Assembly: GCF_036321535.1 (NCBI RefSeq)
Contig: NC_087462.1
Span: 5,704,001-5,768,000, forward strand
Direction of reading: 5' to 3'
Length of the DNA: 64,000 bases
Source: Camelus dromedarius
Lineage: Eukaryota
Positions 42,531-57,300 of this stretch are shown one piece after another. A program made the translations under genes and the position numbers. The notes below the pieces were generated by a model. It searched no databases and was not told where the DNA came from. It saw only the letters and a program-made list of their open reading frames with translations. The first letter of the stretch is position 1, and the number at the start of each line of letters is the position of its first letter.

Positions 42531-42960
42531 AGAATAGATTCAGGAGGGAAGGGAGATTGGAGGTTGAGAGGGAGGACCCAGGCAAGTGCTGAGAGGAAAA
42601 GGAGGGTAGGGTGTCAGAGCATGACCTGGGGCCACGACCCTCCCTCCCTGGGCCTCAATTTCCCCCATTTGGGCAGTAGGGACAGTAGGCCAGATAGTCA
42701 GGACACCCCAGAAAGGAAGGCTGGTGGCTTGTGTGGAACACCTATCTGGCCACTCATATCTAAACAGACTGATCCCTGACTTTGCCATATTGTAAATGCA
42801 GCCTCACACTGTCCCCTGACCCTAGGCCTACACATCCCACACAGCCCCTGAAGTCTCCACACCCTCCCCAAGACTGGGTAGTAAATTTGAGGTGGGGTCA
42901 CTCTCAGGCACAGGAAACAGCAGGAGCAACAGTCCACAGGTGGAGGAGGGTCTCAGCTAG

Positions 42961-42966
42961 TTTATT
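42961..42966 (-). terminator. CCDC159 polyadenylation signal
   Basis: TTTATT on + about 40 nt after the TGA at 43009-43007. Confidence 0.8.
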
Positions 42967-43006
42967 TTCTCTCTGGAGGGGTCTTCGGGAGAGCAGTCCC
43001 AGCTGC

Positions 43007-46000
43007 TCAGGCTGTGGAGAGAGAGGGTGTGTCAGAGCCTGGCCTAGTCCAGGGGACCCCAAGGATGGAGGTCAGGGAGCAGACGCCCAGGTTGGGAGCT
43101 GGGAGGGTCCATACTGTGGGATTCCAGGGCAGGCCAGGAGGGGAAGGCTGGGGTGAGGCAGGGGAGGATCCACACCAGGTGGGAAGGAGCGGCTCTTGCT
43201 GAGCGGTGGCTGGGAAGGGTCCTGGTCTGAGTCTGAGTCTGAGTCCCAGGAAGGGAGTGGAGGGCTCAGGCATCGGTGCCCCTTATAACCTGCAGGAGGG
43301 ACAGGTGCAATTCTGGCATGAATCCTGAACGGGATCCTTGAGCGACCTCTGAATAGGGGCCCAGTGCCCTTGGTATTATACTTAATGATCTTTGATCATA
43401 ACCCTTGAATATGATATAACACCAAAGTATGGCCTTGATGACCCTTGCATTTTACCCCACTGACCCTTAAAAAAGATCATGGTGACCCTGAGAAACCCCT
43501 GGATGAAACCTCCAGGAACTAATGCAACCCCAGAATAAGACCCAACAGATGTGACCCCCAAATATGGCCTCTGAACATGACTTTCCTGTGTGAAGTTGGA
43601 GAATGACCCTCCCACCCTGGAGCAGTGTGCAACCCCCCTCACCCCTGAGGCTTGCGGCCTTGGGGCGGCCCCCTGAGGATATGGCGAGGCCATCAAAGGA
43701 GTTCTGTAGCACGTGCACAGCAGACCTGTGGGGAGATGGGGATCTGGGGGCCCTGGGAGACTCTAGACTGCTCAGGGCTGGGGTAGGGGGGCTGTGGTGG
43801 GGGCAGGGGCAGAGATGAGTCTTGGGAGAAGAGGGAGATCTAGACTTAGGTGGGTTCCAGATTCTGGTTGTTGCCTCTTGATCTATTGGGAGAAGGGCAG
43901 GACAAACGAGGGTCATGGGTCAGAGGTTAGAGTGGGAGCTGGGCATCACCATATGTCACCCAGTTCCTTCTGGAGGTCATCCCTCCAGGAGCCACTGCCT
44001 CCTGGTTTCAACTCCTCAGTCTCTGGCCAGTTGGATGTCTCATACCCCTGCTGTTTCATCTTGGTCAGGACCTGAGGCCGGGGGGAATGGGAAAACAGTA
44101 GTAATAACAATGATGATGGTGAAAGGTGTAATACAGCATTTATTACGTGCCAGGGTGCCTTAAAAGTGTTTATCACTCAGTTAATGCAACTACTGGGTCA
44201 AGTAGGGCTGTGTTGTTATATCTATTGTACAGATGAGGAAACTGAGGCCCAGAGAGGGGAAGTGATTGCCGACAGTCACAGAGCAGTAAGTGGCAAGGCT
44301 GAGATTTGAACCCAGGCCTTCTGGCTCCAGTCTGATGGTAGAGGCCGACAGAGATCCCCATGCCCCCAACTCATGCAAGGTCCCTGTCCTCTCTGCTCAC
44401 CTTGCGACACTTCACCTGTGTCTTCTGCATCTTTTGGATGTTCACCAGGTTCTGTGTGATTTCCTCTTCCTGTGCCTCTGTGGGGAGAGGGGACTCAGGA
44501 GGGCTGGAATTGCAGAAGGACCCCCCTCCCTTGGCCATGGGCTTTGGGCACTCACGAAGCTTCTGATAAATGAAGGTCACCTCCTCTCGCACCAGCTCCA
44601 GCTCCTCCCACAGGAACTTCTTGCTGAGGGGACAGTGCAGCCTAGATCCACACTCTCTGTCCCACCCCTGGCCTCCCATTTCCTGGCCTACCTGCCTTCC
44701 CAAGGCCTCCTCCATCTCCCATGTCTCCAGGTGTTCAGTCACCATCTCCCAGGCTCTGCTCTCTCCCCCAACCTGCCTACCCACCTTTCCCTTCCTGGCT
44801 ACTATCCCCCACCTCCTAGCCGTCCCCAGCCTCCTGTCTTCTCCTCCTGACCTCCAGCCTCCCACTCCCTCAGTCTCCCATTGCCTGGCTTCTGCCCCTC
44901 AATCTTCAACATCCCCAGCTTCTTCCCCCACAACATCCCCTCCCCTCCCAATTTCCATGCTACACCCCAGCATCTGATCCCCTGGCCTCCCTTCCCAACC
45001 ACTTCTTGTCTTCCCTTCCTCTGGCCTCCAAGTCTCCCACATACTCCCACTTCCTTCCATCTCTCCATCCCCTCCTCTTGTCCCCCCAGGCTTTCCCTGG
45101 CCCCCAAGTCTCCCTTACTCTGGCCCCTCCTACTTTCCCATCCTGCTTGTGGTTCCCTCTCCCTGGCCTCTCTTCCCTCCTGCAGCTTCCAGGCTGCCCT
45201 CCTGGCAACACCCACCTGTCCCGGATCTCCTGGGCCAGCAGCTGCAGGCAGCGGGTGGTGCGGGCCCGCTGCACCTCCTCGCTATCACGCAGGCTCTTCT
45301 GTAGCCCTTGCAGACCTTGAGCCAGGGCCCCATATAGCTCCTGCCGTCCCTCCTCCAAGTCCCACTTGTGCCCCTCCTTGTCTGTCTGGCGGCTCGTGGG
45401 GGCCAGCACCTCTGCAGAGACGGTGGGTACTTAACTGAGCCCCACCCCCACCCCGAGCCCAGTTTTAAACCCAGATTGCCCTAACCCTGACCAGACCCCA
45501 GCCCTGAACCCAGACTCACCCAACTTCTCTCCCGCTGGCCTGACCCTGACAGGACCAGCAACCTCCAGACTGACCCTGACCCTTGGCCCGTCCTCACCTT
45601 CAAGCTGTTGGATCTTGATTTGCTGCAGGCAGCTCTCCTTCTCCAACAAGGTCACTGAGTGGTTTAGGAACTCAAAAGCCTAGGGGAAGAGGTCAGGCAG
45701 GTCTGGGGGGCAGGGAGTGCAGTGGAGTTGGAGGGGTGGGAAAACAGAGGCAAAGATCGCCAGAGGGGGTGGTTCAAGGTGGCTCACCTTGGTCTGGGCC
45801 TGTAGCTGGCTCTTGAGTGACTCCAGTTCACATCTCAGAAGCTTCTGGGAGTCGGGGATCATCACGGTGGGCTTAACTGTGAGCAGAGGTGAGGGTCAGC
45901 CAGGGCTGGGAGGGGCAGAGTCAGGGGTAAGGTCAGGGTGGAAGTCAGCAGAAGCTAAGGGTAGGGGTGAGGCAGAGGACAAGGTAAGGAGCTGGGGGAG

Positions 46001-48903
46001 GCTGAAGCAGAGGTAGAGGCAGGAGTAGGGGTCAAGGTCAGAGGCAAGAGTCAGCTGACAATGGGGCAGGGATGAGCAGGCAGCAATGGCGGACTTCCAC
46101 TGAGGTTGCGGCAGAGGGTGGAAGTAGAAAATATCAGGGCTTCCACCCACAGTCTGGTTGGGAGGGAAGGTTCTCACCTTTGGCTTTGGAAGAGCCGGTC
46201 TCCGAGGACTTCTAGAGAAGGGGGACATGAGGGCAGTAGAAATTCATCCCTGGGCTGTCTCCCTGCTCACCCCAACTCAGCGTGTGGGAGTTAGACACGA
46301 TTTGGGTTGGCTGAGTTCTGGGTGTTCCAGACCTCCGAGTGCAGGCAAAGCTGCCTCCAGGCACATGCAAGTACCCATCCACTCACTCACCCCCACCCCC
46401 AGCCTGCACATGCTCAGAAGTGCATTTGTGTGACAGGTCAATGGGCTGCCTCTGGTAGCATGGGTCTTCTGAGCCCTGTCTCTGGCTTGGGCTCAGGTAA
46501 CGGCCCTCCTCTTTAAGGGCAAACAACATCAACAATGTCTGCAGGGAGCACCAGTAGTACATGATGTACAACGACACACAGTCATGGAAACACAACCAGA
46601 CACATAGCCTCAGACTCAACCATGCATGCGAAATCCTAAGACCCAAGGCACCCACTCATGTCCATCTCAGACACACAGACACACAGGCAGTCACACCCAG
46701 AGACAATCACAGACAGGACCCCATTAAGATACACAATCATGCATCCGTTTCATTCATTCAAGACATTTTCAGTGCTGCAGCCCTGCTGAGCACTGGGCGC
46801 TGTTCTGGGTGCTGAAGACATAGGGTATGAGGGCTCTTGAAGTGGACTCTCTGCCCCCACAACCCCCTCCCTAAGCCCTGCAGGGGTAAATTGCAGTGTG
46901 GCAGGAAGGGGTTTCCCCGGTGAGAATGACCTTAGCGTTGCTGTGATGCCTCTTTGGAAGGTCCTGGTCATTACAGTGCTCCTGTGATTCTGAGTAGGGG
47001 AGTGGGGGAGATCCATTTGACTGAGGCCCCGGATCCCTCCCTGGCCTCCAGTCACCAATTGTGGCTGTGTTCTCAGATGCAGGGGGCTCCAAGGTCTCTG
47101 GTTCTAGGGTCCTGGACCAGTGAAAAGTATATTCCAAGGTCTTGTCTGAGGAAGAGCCTGAGAGGAGGGTGTAGAGTGAGGATTTCCTGAGGGCCAGCCC
47201 AGAGTGCTCCAGCCTATCCTGCTCCCCAGCCCCAGGGGCAGCCCCTCAACGAACCCCAGCACTTGTCACACTTCTTGTTAGCAGGCAAACACTCGTTGGA
47301 GGGTGAGGGATGTGAGCAGTAGCAAGGCACGGAGCAGTCAGGGTCCAGGGGTAGGCCGGCCAGAAGAGGGTTGCTTTGAGTAGAGGGGATAGAGGGGGCT
47401 GCACTGAGACCAGCTCCCAGGTCCTGACTCCCAGACCCTCCCTGACATCCCAGAGATGCCTCAGCCTTGAACACAGGGCCTCTTAGTTATGGTAGGAGAC
47501 AAATCTGGGTGAAAGATGATTCCAGCCCCGGGGGTTGGGCTGGGCAGTGAGAAGGGATCCAGAGAGGGGGACCCAGAAGACCCCACAGGAGGAAGTGAGG
47601 CCTGAGAAGAGCCTAAAAGAAAAAAATTCTCAACATTGGGCCCTAAAGGAAGGACATCCCTGGCAGGAAACAGCATGTGCAAAAGCTTGGAGACCTGGAA
47701 CCATGCTCTCTGTGCTGACAAATTCAGGGTGGCTGGAGGCAGGGTCCAGGAGGAAGGAACAGGAAGTTAGAAAGGCAGCTCAAGTAATGTATGGGAAGCC
47801 AAGAAGGGGAGTTTCAAACTGGCTCCCCAGGTAAATGGAAGCCATTGAACATGAGCAGGAGAGGCAAAGGGTATCTATTCAATAAATGTTAGCCGAACTG
47901 GGGCCCAGGCCTGCACTAGGTGAGGCTGGGAACAGGGAAGAACTCAGCTCTAGGTCTCACAACCACACCCCCTGCCCTTCCAGTGTAGTCATGGCTGGCA
48001 CAGCTGAAGAAACCTGGGGCAGGTCTGTCTGGAAAAACTTCCAGGTGAAGGGCATCTTGCCACAAGTCACGTTCAGCCAGAAGGCCACACTACAGGCCTT
48101 TCTCTTTTTCTGTCCTTGCTGGGCCCTCTGGTGTCTTTCCCCTGGCCAAGTCCTCCCGAAAGACTCCTATACACCTTTCAAAACCCTATTCAGCATCTCC
48201 TCTGTAAAATCTTTCTTAACTCTTTTTTATGTTCGTATTTTCTGAGCATCTTACTGAGTGCTGGGCACTACCCTAAGCCCTCGCTGGGTCTTCACACTCA
48301 CCCTGTGATGTAGGAGTTACCATTCTGCCTGATATGTTCTAAGCTACCCCTTTAAGAGTTACTTCCTCAGGGATGTCCTCACTTCCAGAGGCAGTACAGC
48401 ATGATAATTAAGCAAGGAGACCCTCCAGCTTGATGGCCTGTTTTCAAATCCTAGCTCTGCCCCTTTCTCAGCTGTGTGATGTTAGATGAGTTACTAAACC
48501 TCTCCGTGCCTCAATGTCCCCAACTATAAAATGGGATGTCATACTATCCATCTTACTGCGTTGTTGTGATTAAGTAAATTAATCCATGCCAGCGCCTGAT
48601 ATGGTAGTGGGAAGCTCAGTGTGTGTCCTTGAATGTCACACTGAGAACCTGGGACCTGGGGGACTTGGAGGGGAAAAGGGAAAATGCATTTCTGAGTAAC
48701 AATTGCAGGCAGGTCCCCAGTCGAGCCCCCCTCCCTCCCACAACAGCTGTTTCTCCCTCAGTCCTTCAGGTTAGAATTCGGGGGGAGGGGGCGGGGGTCA
48801 TTTGTCTGGGCCCCGCCCCCCCGGGCCTTGAATCCTGGTCCCGCCAGGCTCCCGACCCCTTCCACCCCCACCTACCACATACCACCTGCTCATGCTCTCC
48901 CAT
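43007..48903 (-). CDS. CCDC159: Coiled-coil domain-containing protein 159, 11 exons, 296 aa
   Basis: Exons 48903-48883, 46211-46178, 45876-45788, 45679-45598, 45411-45216, 44623-44556, 44477-44401, 44071-43950, 43725-43643, 43289-43176, 43011-43007 (891 nt), all GT-AG. MGEHEQV, MIPDSQKLLRCELESLKSQLQAQTK, KKFLWEELELVREE, WDSDSDSD. Confidence 0.94.
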
Positions 48904-49480
48904 CGGGGACTGTGAAGCCAGTCCCCAGCTGTGACGGTGAAATTTGGTCCTGTGGGGACACCATCGCATTAAAACGCGCGGAGCCCAAAGGTAGAGTCAC
49001 AGAGAGGGGTGTGGCTGGCGTTTTAGCTCCGCCCCCGCAGATGCAGCCGAAGGCCTCATTGGCGCCTTCTGGCTTCCGCAGCTCTAGGAGCGGCGGTGTA
49101 ATTGGATAAAAGCCTAACGAGGGGGCGGGATTCCAGGTTGGTTTTTGTTAATCGATTAGTCGATATCTAAGAGGACTGTACAGGAGGCTGCAGATCTCCG
49201 ATCTGATTGGCTTCAAGCTTAGCGGGGAGGCGGGACGAATTCTTGTTTCCAAGAGGGGAGGTGGCCGAGGAGGTCCGCGTTCCAACCGGGAGCGCGGGAG
49301 TGAGGTACTGAGCCCAGTCTGCCAGGTCCCCGAGATCCGGCCCCGGAGCCTCTGGTCTCGGACTCTTGAATGCTCACGGTCGAAGTCCGGGTCCAGTGGT
49401 GGGGTCGGTGTCCTCGCGATGAGATCTGGGGTTTCCTAGGATTAGATGGCGCCTCCGGAGGGTGCTTTGGGGATCTTCAA
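48780..49480. promoter_or_regulatory. Bidirectional CpG-island promoter of CCDC159 and TMEM205
   Basis: Divergent start codons 962 bp apart; ATTGG at 49058, 49101, 49206; GC boxes near 49029 and 49122. Confidence 0.8.
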
Positions 49481-49804
49481 AGTGATGTCTGGGATCCTGT
49501 TACGAGAGGAGGGCTATCTGCTGTTAGAACTGGGTCCCCGGGGTGATACTTGGGAGTCATTGGCGGGGGTGATCTCTGAAGACCTAGGGCTCCGATCTTG
49601 AGCTGCTGGGGCTGAAATTTGGGGGTCTCGGAGGTGGCTTGGTTGTTGGGGACCAGAGAGCCTTAAGATCTTGAGGGCTGACATTTGGAGAGATGGGGTC
49701 TGGGGATGTCGTAGGACTGCCTTGGGCCTCTCCCCCACCCCTATTCCTGGGCTTCTACCTCTGAAACTGTGTTAGATTGGCTGTGACCCTCTCACAGGGT
49801 CTAA

Positions 49805-51508
<1,704 letters not shown>

Positions 51509-51548
51509 TACCCACTGACTCTTTGTCTCTGCTGGGGCCCCAAATGTC

Positions 51549-51554
51549 AATAAA
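51549..51554 (+). terminator. TMEM205 polyadenylation signal
   Basis: AATAAA 40 nt after the TAG. Confidence 0.85.
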
Positions 51555-51769
51555 TCCTTCTTTGGAAATGACTGCTGTCATTTTGTTCCAACTGGGAAGC
51601 AGCGGGGAGGGGCAGGCAAGGGTAGAGCTGAGGGCTTCTGCTTCTGGATTCATGTGGCACAGTGATTTGCAATGTTAGCTGTTGCCGCCCCTCAACTCTT
51701 CCTATAACGGTGCCCATTTGTTGAACACCCACTGTGTGCCAGGCGTGGCGCTACCCATTGCATGTACCA

Positions 51770-52045
51770 CCCATTACTGTGACAACAGCTGGTTCTGATC
51801 CCTAGAGGACAAGCGTATTTCCCACCCCATTGACATTGGGGGTGGCCATGTGACTTGCTTTGGCCAATGAAATATAAGCAGAGTCACTTCCAAAGAGAAG
51901 TATGCAAGCCAGTGCATGACTTGCCACATCATCCCTTCACTGCAATGAGCAGTGTGAGTGAGAAGCAAACCTTGGGGGTTGGCTGCTGTGGAGGCTGTAG
52001 GGCTGCTTGTTACTGGGCATATGCCAGCCCTTCCTGACTGGTGCA
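51770..52045. mobile_element. LTR16/LTR33-like ERVL LTR fragment
   Basis: GGTGGCCATGTGACTTGCTTTGGCCAATGAAAT motif. Confidence 0.55.
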
Positions 52046-52639
52046 AGTCATCTCAGTTCATCCACAGCAGCCCTTGGAGGCAGCTAATGTTCCCATGAAG
52101 GAATGGGGGCTTAGAGAAGTTCAGCAAGTGGCTTCAGGTGGAGTCATTGGGATTTGAACCCTACCAAAGCCTGAATTATTATAACTGCAGATCCTGTCCT
52201 GCTGGCTTGAAGAAAAGTCTGAGACCTCAGCTGAGCCTGGATGCCAAATTTCCTTATCATGTGGCCTCAAGCAAGAGGCTGCCCCTCTCTGATCCCCAGT
52301 TTATCTGTTAAGGGATGTTAATTATAAGGGCCCTTAAGAGTATTTAGAAAGGGGGGTCTAGCCCACTTTAGGGCCAGGCGCTGCACTTGACAAATACTAA
52401 CTCAGATCGAAACGTTCACACAACCCTATAAGGTGGGTGCTCTTGTTATGGACCACGTGATGGATGGGGAAAATGAGACCCAGAGAGGTTAACATGTCCA
52501 AAGCGACAGGGCTGGAAAGGGGTAGAGCTGGGATTGGAAACAGGCTCCAGAGTCCGCGCTCTTAGCAGCTGTGGACACAAGTAGAAGTTCTAAGTATGGT
52601 TTAGTTAAAATGAAATGTTTATTGTTAAGGGACGGATTT

Positions 52640-53060
52640 TCGACAGCTGCGCACGCGGTGCTGCTTCCAGCCCCTCCCCCGCTCTCCACAAGCCCCGCCC
52701 CGCCCTTAGCCGGGAGCGGCCCCTCCTACCCCCGCCTGGGCGGAGCCGGCGCGGGATCCGGGTGGCTGCGGGCAGCGGCGGCGGTGGCGGCTGCGGGGTC
52801 GGGGTCGCAACCGGGGCCAGGCCGCAGCGAGTTTGGAGGCAGAACCCCCGCGGGCAGCACCCCCCACGCGAGGTGACCCCTTCGGAGGGAGCGCAACCAG
52901 ACCCACACCTCCGCGTCCCAGCAGGTCTTGGGGCAACAGGGGCTTAGGGGGAGGGCCCGGGGCCTGGGAACAAAGGCAGGCGGCGGGGGACGCCTCTTCC
53001 CTCGCCCCCAGCCAGCTGGGCTCATCGGGGAGCCTTAATGGGGCGCGGGCGGGGCAGACA
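52640..53060 (+). promoter_or_regulatory. RAB3D CpG island and probable non-coding exon 1
   Basis: CpG-dense, GC boxes (CCCCGCCCC, GGGCGG); candidate donor CGAG|GTGACC at 52872; coding exon acceptor at 54299/54300. Confidence 0.65.
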
Positions 53061-54315
53061 GCCCAGCTGGGGACTTGAGATGGGACCATATGGTGATGGG
53101 AGGAAGCTCCTGCACTCTCCTGCACTGGCTGGGGCGCCCCACATCTAGTGATGGGGGACAAGGCTGAGCCCTCCGGGTTTCTCACCTAGTGCCAGGCGTG
53201 AGGGAGGGTCCGCAGATGATCAAAAAAAGTGGGACCAGAGGCCAAACAGGTGGGCTGGGGCTGGGGGTGGGGTGGGGCGGGGGACCCAATCTGGCAGCCC
53301 TGCTCGGCATGGGGAAAGTCTTCCTGCCTCTTCTCTTCCCCTCCTGAAACTCGTTCTCCCGGAACATGGGGTGGGGCAGAGGGCTGGGCAGGAAAGGGGA
53401 GGCCGGTTGGGTCCTCCTTTAAAATGGAAAAAAAGCCACACGGGCAATTGAGAAATGACTTTACCAGGGGTTCCTCTGCCGGTTGCCCATTCACCCAGGC
53501 CTTCTGGAGCCTCTCTGAGAGGCTCAGGGAGTAGCCGTAAACTGTTGGGGGAAGCTGAGGCCAAGGGACGCAATGAGGGCTGAGGGGATATGCTGGACCA
53601 AGATGAAGCAGCCCAGCTGTGGGGACAGGTGGCCGGGAAAGGCAGGACCAGGTGGTCGTGGTGGCGGCTGGGGTGGTTTCCTTGGATTTGGGGACCGTCG
53701 CTCTGGCCTCCATGGGCTGGAGCTGGGGTGAGTCAGCCCTACCAGGAGGGAGATGGGCCCGGCCCTTTTGACAAACAGAAGATGGCAGTACCTACTGGGG
53801 GGTAGAGCTGGGCTTTAAACCTGGGCTGTATCCACTGAAACCCCCCTCCCCATGGGGGTCATGGAAGGGGTTAAACATGGCTTCGGTAGGAGCAGGCAGG
53901 TGGCCAACACCTGCCAAAGTCAACACCCAGGCCCTGAGGTGGCGGGGGCTCTATCCAGCTGGCAGCCCCTCCTCCCTCCAGCTCACACCTGGGCCACGCC
54001 GGCTGCTCACCCCGGGGCAAAGTCCACACCTGTACCTTCCACAGGGTCTGTTTCCTCAGCCGCCCTACTGGGCACCCCATGCCTCCTGCCCCAAATCCAG
54101 GTCCTTGAATTTGACAAACATCCCCATTGTCCAGAAAAGGACACTGAGGCTGATAGAGAGCAAGTGCTGCATCGAGGGTCACCTGGCTTCCAAGTGACAG
54201 AGTCAAGATTTGAGCCCAGGTCCGATGTAGACACTGGAGCCATTCCTGGCATTTTATTTCCCTGCAGGGCTGCAGCCCTCCCCACCTCCGCCCCCTCAGG
54301 AGGCTCCCTGTCAAG

Positions 54316-57300
54316 ATGGCATCAGCGGGAGACCCCCAGACGGGCCAGCGGGATGCAGCAGACCAGAACTTTGATTACATGTTCAAGTTGCTGCTCATCG
54401 GCAACAGCAGCGTGGGCAAGACGTCCTTCCTGTTCCGCTACGCCGACGACTCCTTCACGCCCGCCTTTGTCAGCACCGTGGGCATCGACTTCAAGGTCAA
54501 GACGGTCTACCGCCATGACAAGAGGATCAAGCTGCAGATCTGGGTGGGCCAGGCAGCTGTCTGTGGGTCTGTTGGCCAGGCAGGACCTAGGGTTCCTCAT
54601 GGGAAGTCCAGGCGACAGTGTCGGGCTGTGGGGATGGGTCCCAGCTGAGGGAGAGTGGCCCAAAGTCAGGGAGGGGGCTCGGGGTAGGTGTGAAGAGTGG
54701 TGTGATCTACAAGATGAATTCATCAGGGTGGGGGGGACGTGCCCTGCCCTGTGGGGTCTGAGGGGGAGACAGTACTCACCCAATGTGGGCTGCAAGTCCT
54801 GGTGACCAATGGGGAAGAGGTTTGGGTACCCTTTCTGGGTAAGCCAGGGGTGCCCCCACTGAGCCTGCCTGCTCTTCAGAGCCATGCTCCTGCTCCCCCC
54901 CAAAAAAAATCACTCCGGCTACTAGTGGTTGTCATGGTAACGAGCACCAGGCTGCCTGCGTCAAGGTGGCGCGCTCTGGCCCAGGTGGTTCTTGTTTGTT
55001 GTCGTGAAGTTGGTTCTTGGAGATGAGGTCAAAGAGGTTGATAAATCCCTGAGAGGCTACTGACCCCTTAGACTGGGAACCCCTCAAGGTAGGGGTCTGT
55101 GTTTCTCCCATCAGACTGGGGCTGTGACAGGGTCCTGCAGGGGTGAGGTAGGAAACAGAGTGACTTCTAGATGCCTGACCCTGCTGTGTGCCCAGGACAC
55201 GGCCGGCCAGGAGCGCTACCGTACAATCACCACAGCGTACTACCGCGGAGCCATGGGCTTCCTGCTCATGTATGATGTTGCCAACCAGGAGTCCTTTGCC
55301 GCCGTGCAGGACTGGTGAGTGCTTGCTGACCCCTCCCGACCATTGCCCTCTCCCCCTGACCCTAATCTCTGGCTTAACAGCCCTCAAACTCCACAGGGCC
55401 ACACAGATCAAGACCTACTCCTGGGACAATGCTCAGGTCATCCTCGTGGGGAACAAGTGTGACCTGGAGGACGAACGTGTGGTGCCCACTGAGGAGGGCC
55501 GGAGGCTCGCCGATGACCTTGGTTAGTGCCCAGCCTGGGCCACAGTCCCTGGACCTCCCAGAACAAAACCCCCATCCCCGTGCTCGAGTCCCAGATCCTA
55601 CCACAGTCATCAACCCTTTGCCCTTTGAAGATCTGCCCAGAAGAATACCCACATGTATATCACCTTCTCCATTTAATTTCAGAGGATTCACCCACAGGTA
55701 CTCCTTACTTCCCCACTGCCCTGGGAACCCAGACTCAGCAAAACCATTTCTGGAAATTTATCCTACAAACATCTGCACCTATGTGGGAAGTGGCAAGTAT
55801 ATCAAATTATAGTACCGTTAGTAGTAGAAAACCTTGACAACTTCCCAAATATCTCACAGTGGAGAAGACAGCTACACATGAAGTATAGTGCTGTGGTGGA
55901 ATATTACACAGCTGTTAAAAAGGATGGGGACATTCTTTATGTTCAGGGGTCGCTGTGGTATATGGTTAAATGGAATAAGCAAACTGCAGAATAGTGGTTA
56001 TGGCCACTTCCTTTAAGTCCAGGGATCAGCAAACTTTTTTTTTTTTAGCAAACATTTTCTTAATGGGCCAGGAAGGAAATATTTTCAGCCCTAGGGTCTT
56101 TGTCATAACCACTCAGCTCTGCCTGAAAGCAGCCATAGATAATACGTCAGTGACTGAGGGTGACTATCTGCCAGTAAAACTTTATTTACAAAAATGGGCA
56201 ACAGGCCAGACTTGGCCTGTGGCTCAAAGTCTGCCAACTCCTACATTAGCCTATAAAATGGGTGAGAAGAAGGATGTATACTTAGGTTTGCTGAAAGGAA
56301 CTCCAAGAGGATACAGAAACAGTGGTGAGCTTTGTGTCTGAGAACTAGGAGGCCAGGGCACCTGGGTGGGAGGGGAACTTTTCAGTCCACCTCTCTGAAT
56401 CAGGTGAATGGATTAGTGATTCAGTTTAAGCTAGAAGAAAATCTTGTCCTGGAGTATCCTAGTATTCTAGGCCCTCCCCTGGACTTCCCTTGCGGGAGGC
56501 AGTGTAACCACTACAGGGGAGGGTGGGTTAAGGATCCAGACTCTGGAGCTAGAATCCCCTTCTGCAACCCACTAGCTGTGTGACCTTGGGCACCTCGCCT
56601 ACCCTCTCTGGGCTTCTATGTGTTCATCTAGGAAACAGGTGAAAACTATGTCTCCTTTTTAGGGCTGTTAGAAAGATTCAATAAGCAAATGCTCTGATTG
56701 AACATTAACTCGTGTTATTTCTTGATTGCTTTGTGATCTTGTACTGGTGACTTCAGCTCTCTGGGCCTGCACTTCCCCATGTGTGAAATGCAGATAATAA
56801 CAGCCCCACCTCATCAGGTCGTCAGGAGGGTTACACGAGGTATGATGTATGAAGCGGTTCTAACAGAGCCTGGCAAACTCTTAGGTTGCATTCAGGTGTT
56901 AGCTAGCATGATTGTGAACTATTGCTGATGCTTGTGCAGAAAACCTAAAACATTTACTCCGGTCTTTTATGGAGATGGTTTGCAGACCCCTGGACCATAA
57001 TGGTCCTCCTTCTTCCTTTCTTCTTTTTTTCCTTTTCTTTTTTTCTTTTTTGTTTTAATCTTTTAAATTTTTAAATTCTTTTTGGTGGAGGAGGTAATTA
57101 GGTTTATTTATTTATTTACTTTAATGGAGGTGCTGGGGATTGAACCCAGCACCGCATGCATGCCAAACACAAGCTCTACCCTCCCCCTCTTTTTTTTTTT
57201 TTTTTTCTTGCCATCATTTATTGGAGAAACTGGGCCTTTGTTCTGTGGAATGTCTCCCATTTGGGGTTTGAGTCTGCTCCCTCATGGTGCCATTTAACCT

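Noticed and set aside
53852-54805. 317-aa plus-strand ORF overlapping RAB3D
   Set aside because: Crosses intron, a MIR and the RAB3D exon out of frame; explained by GC content
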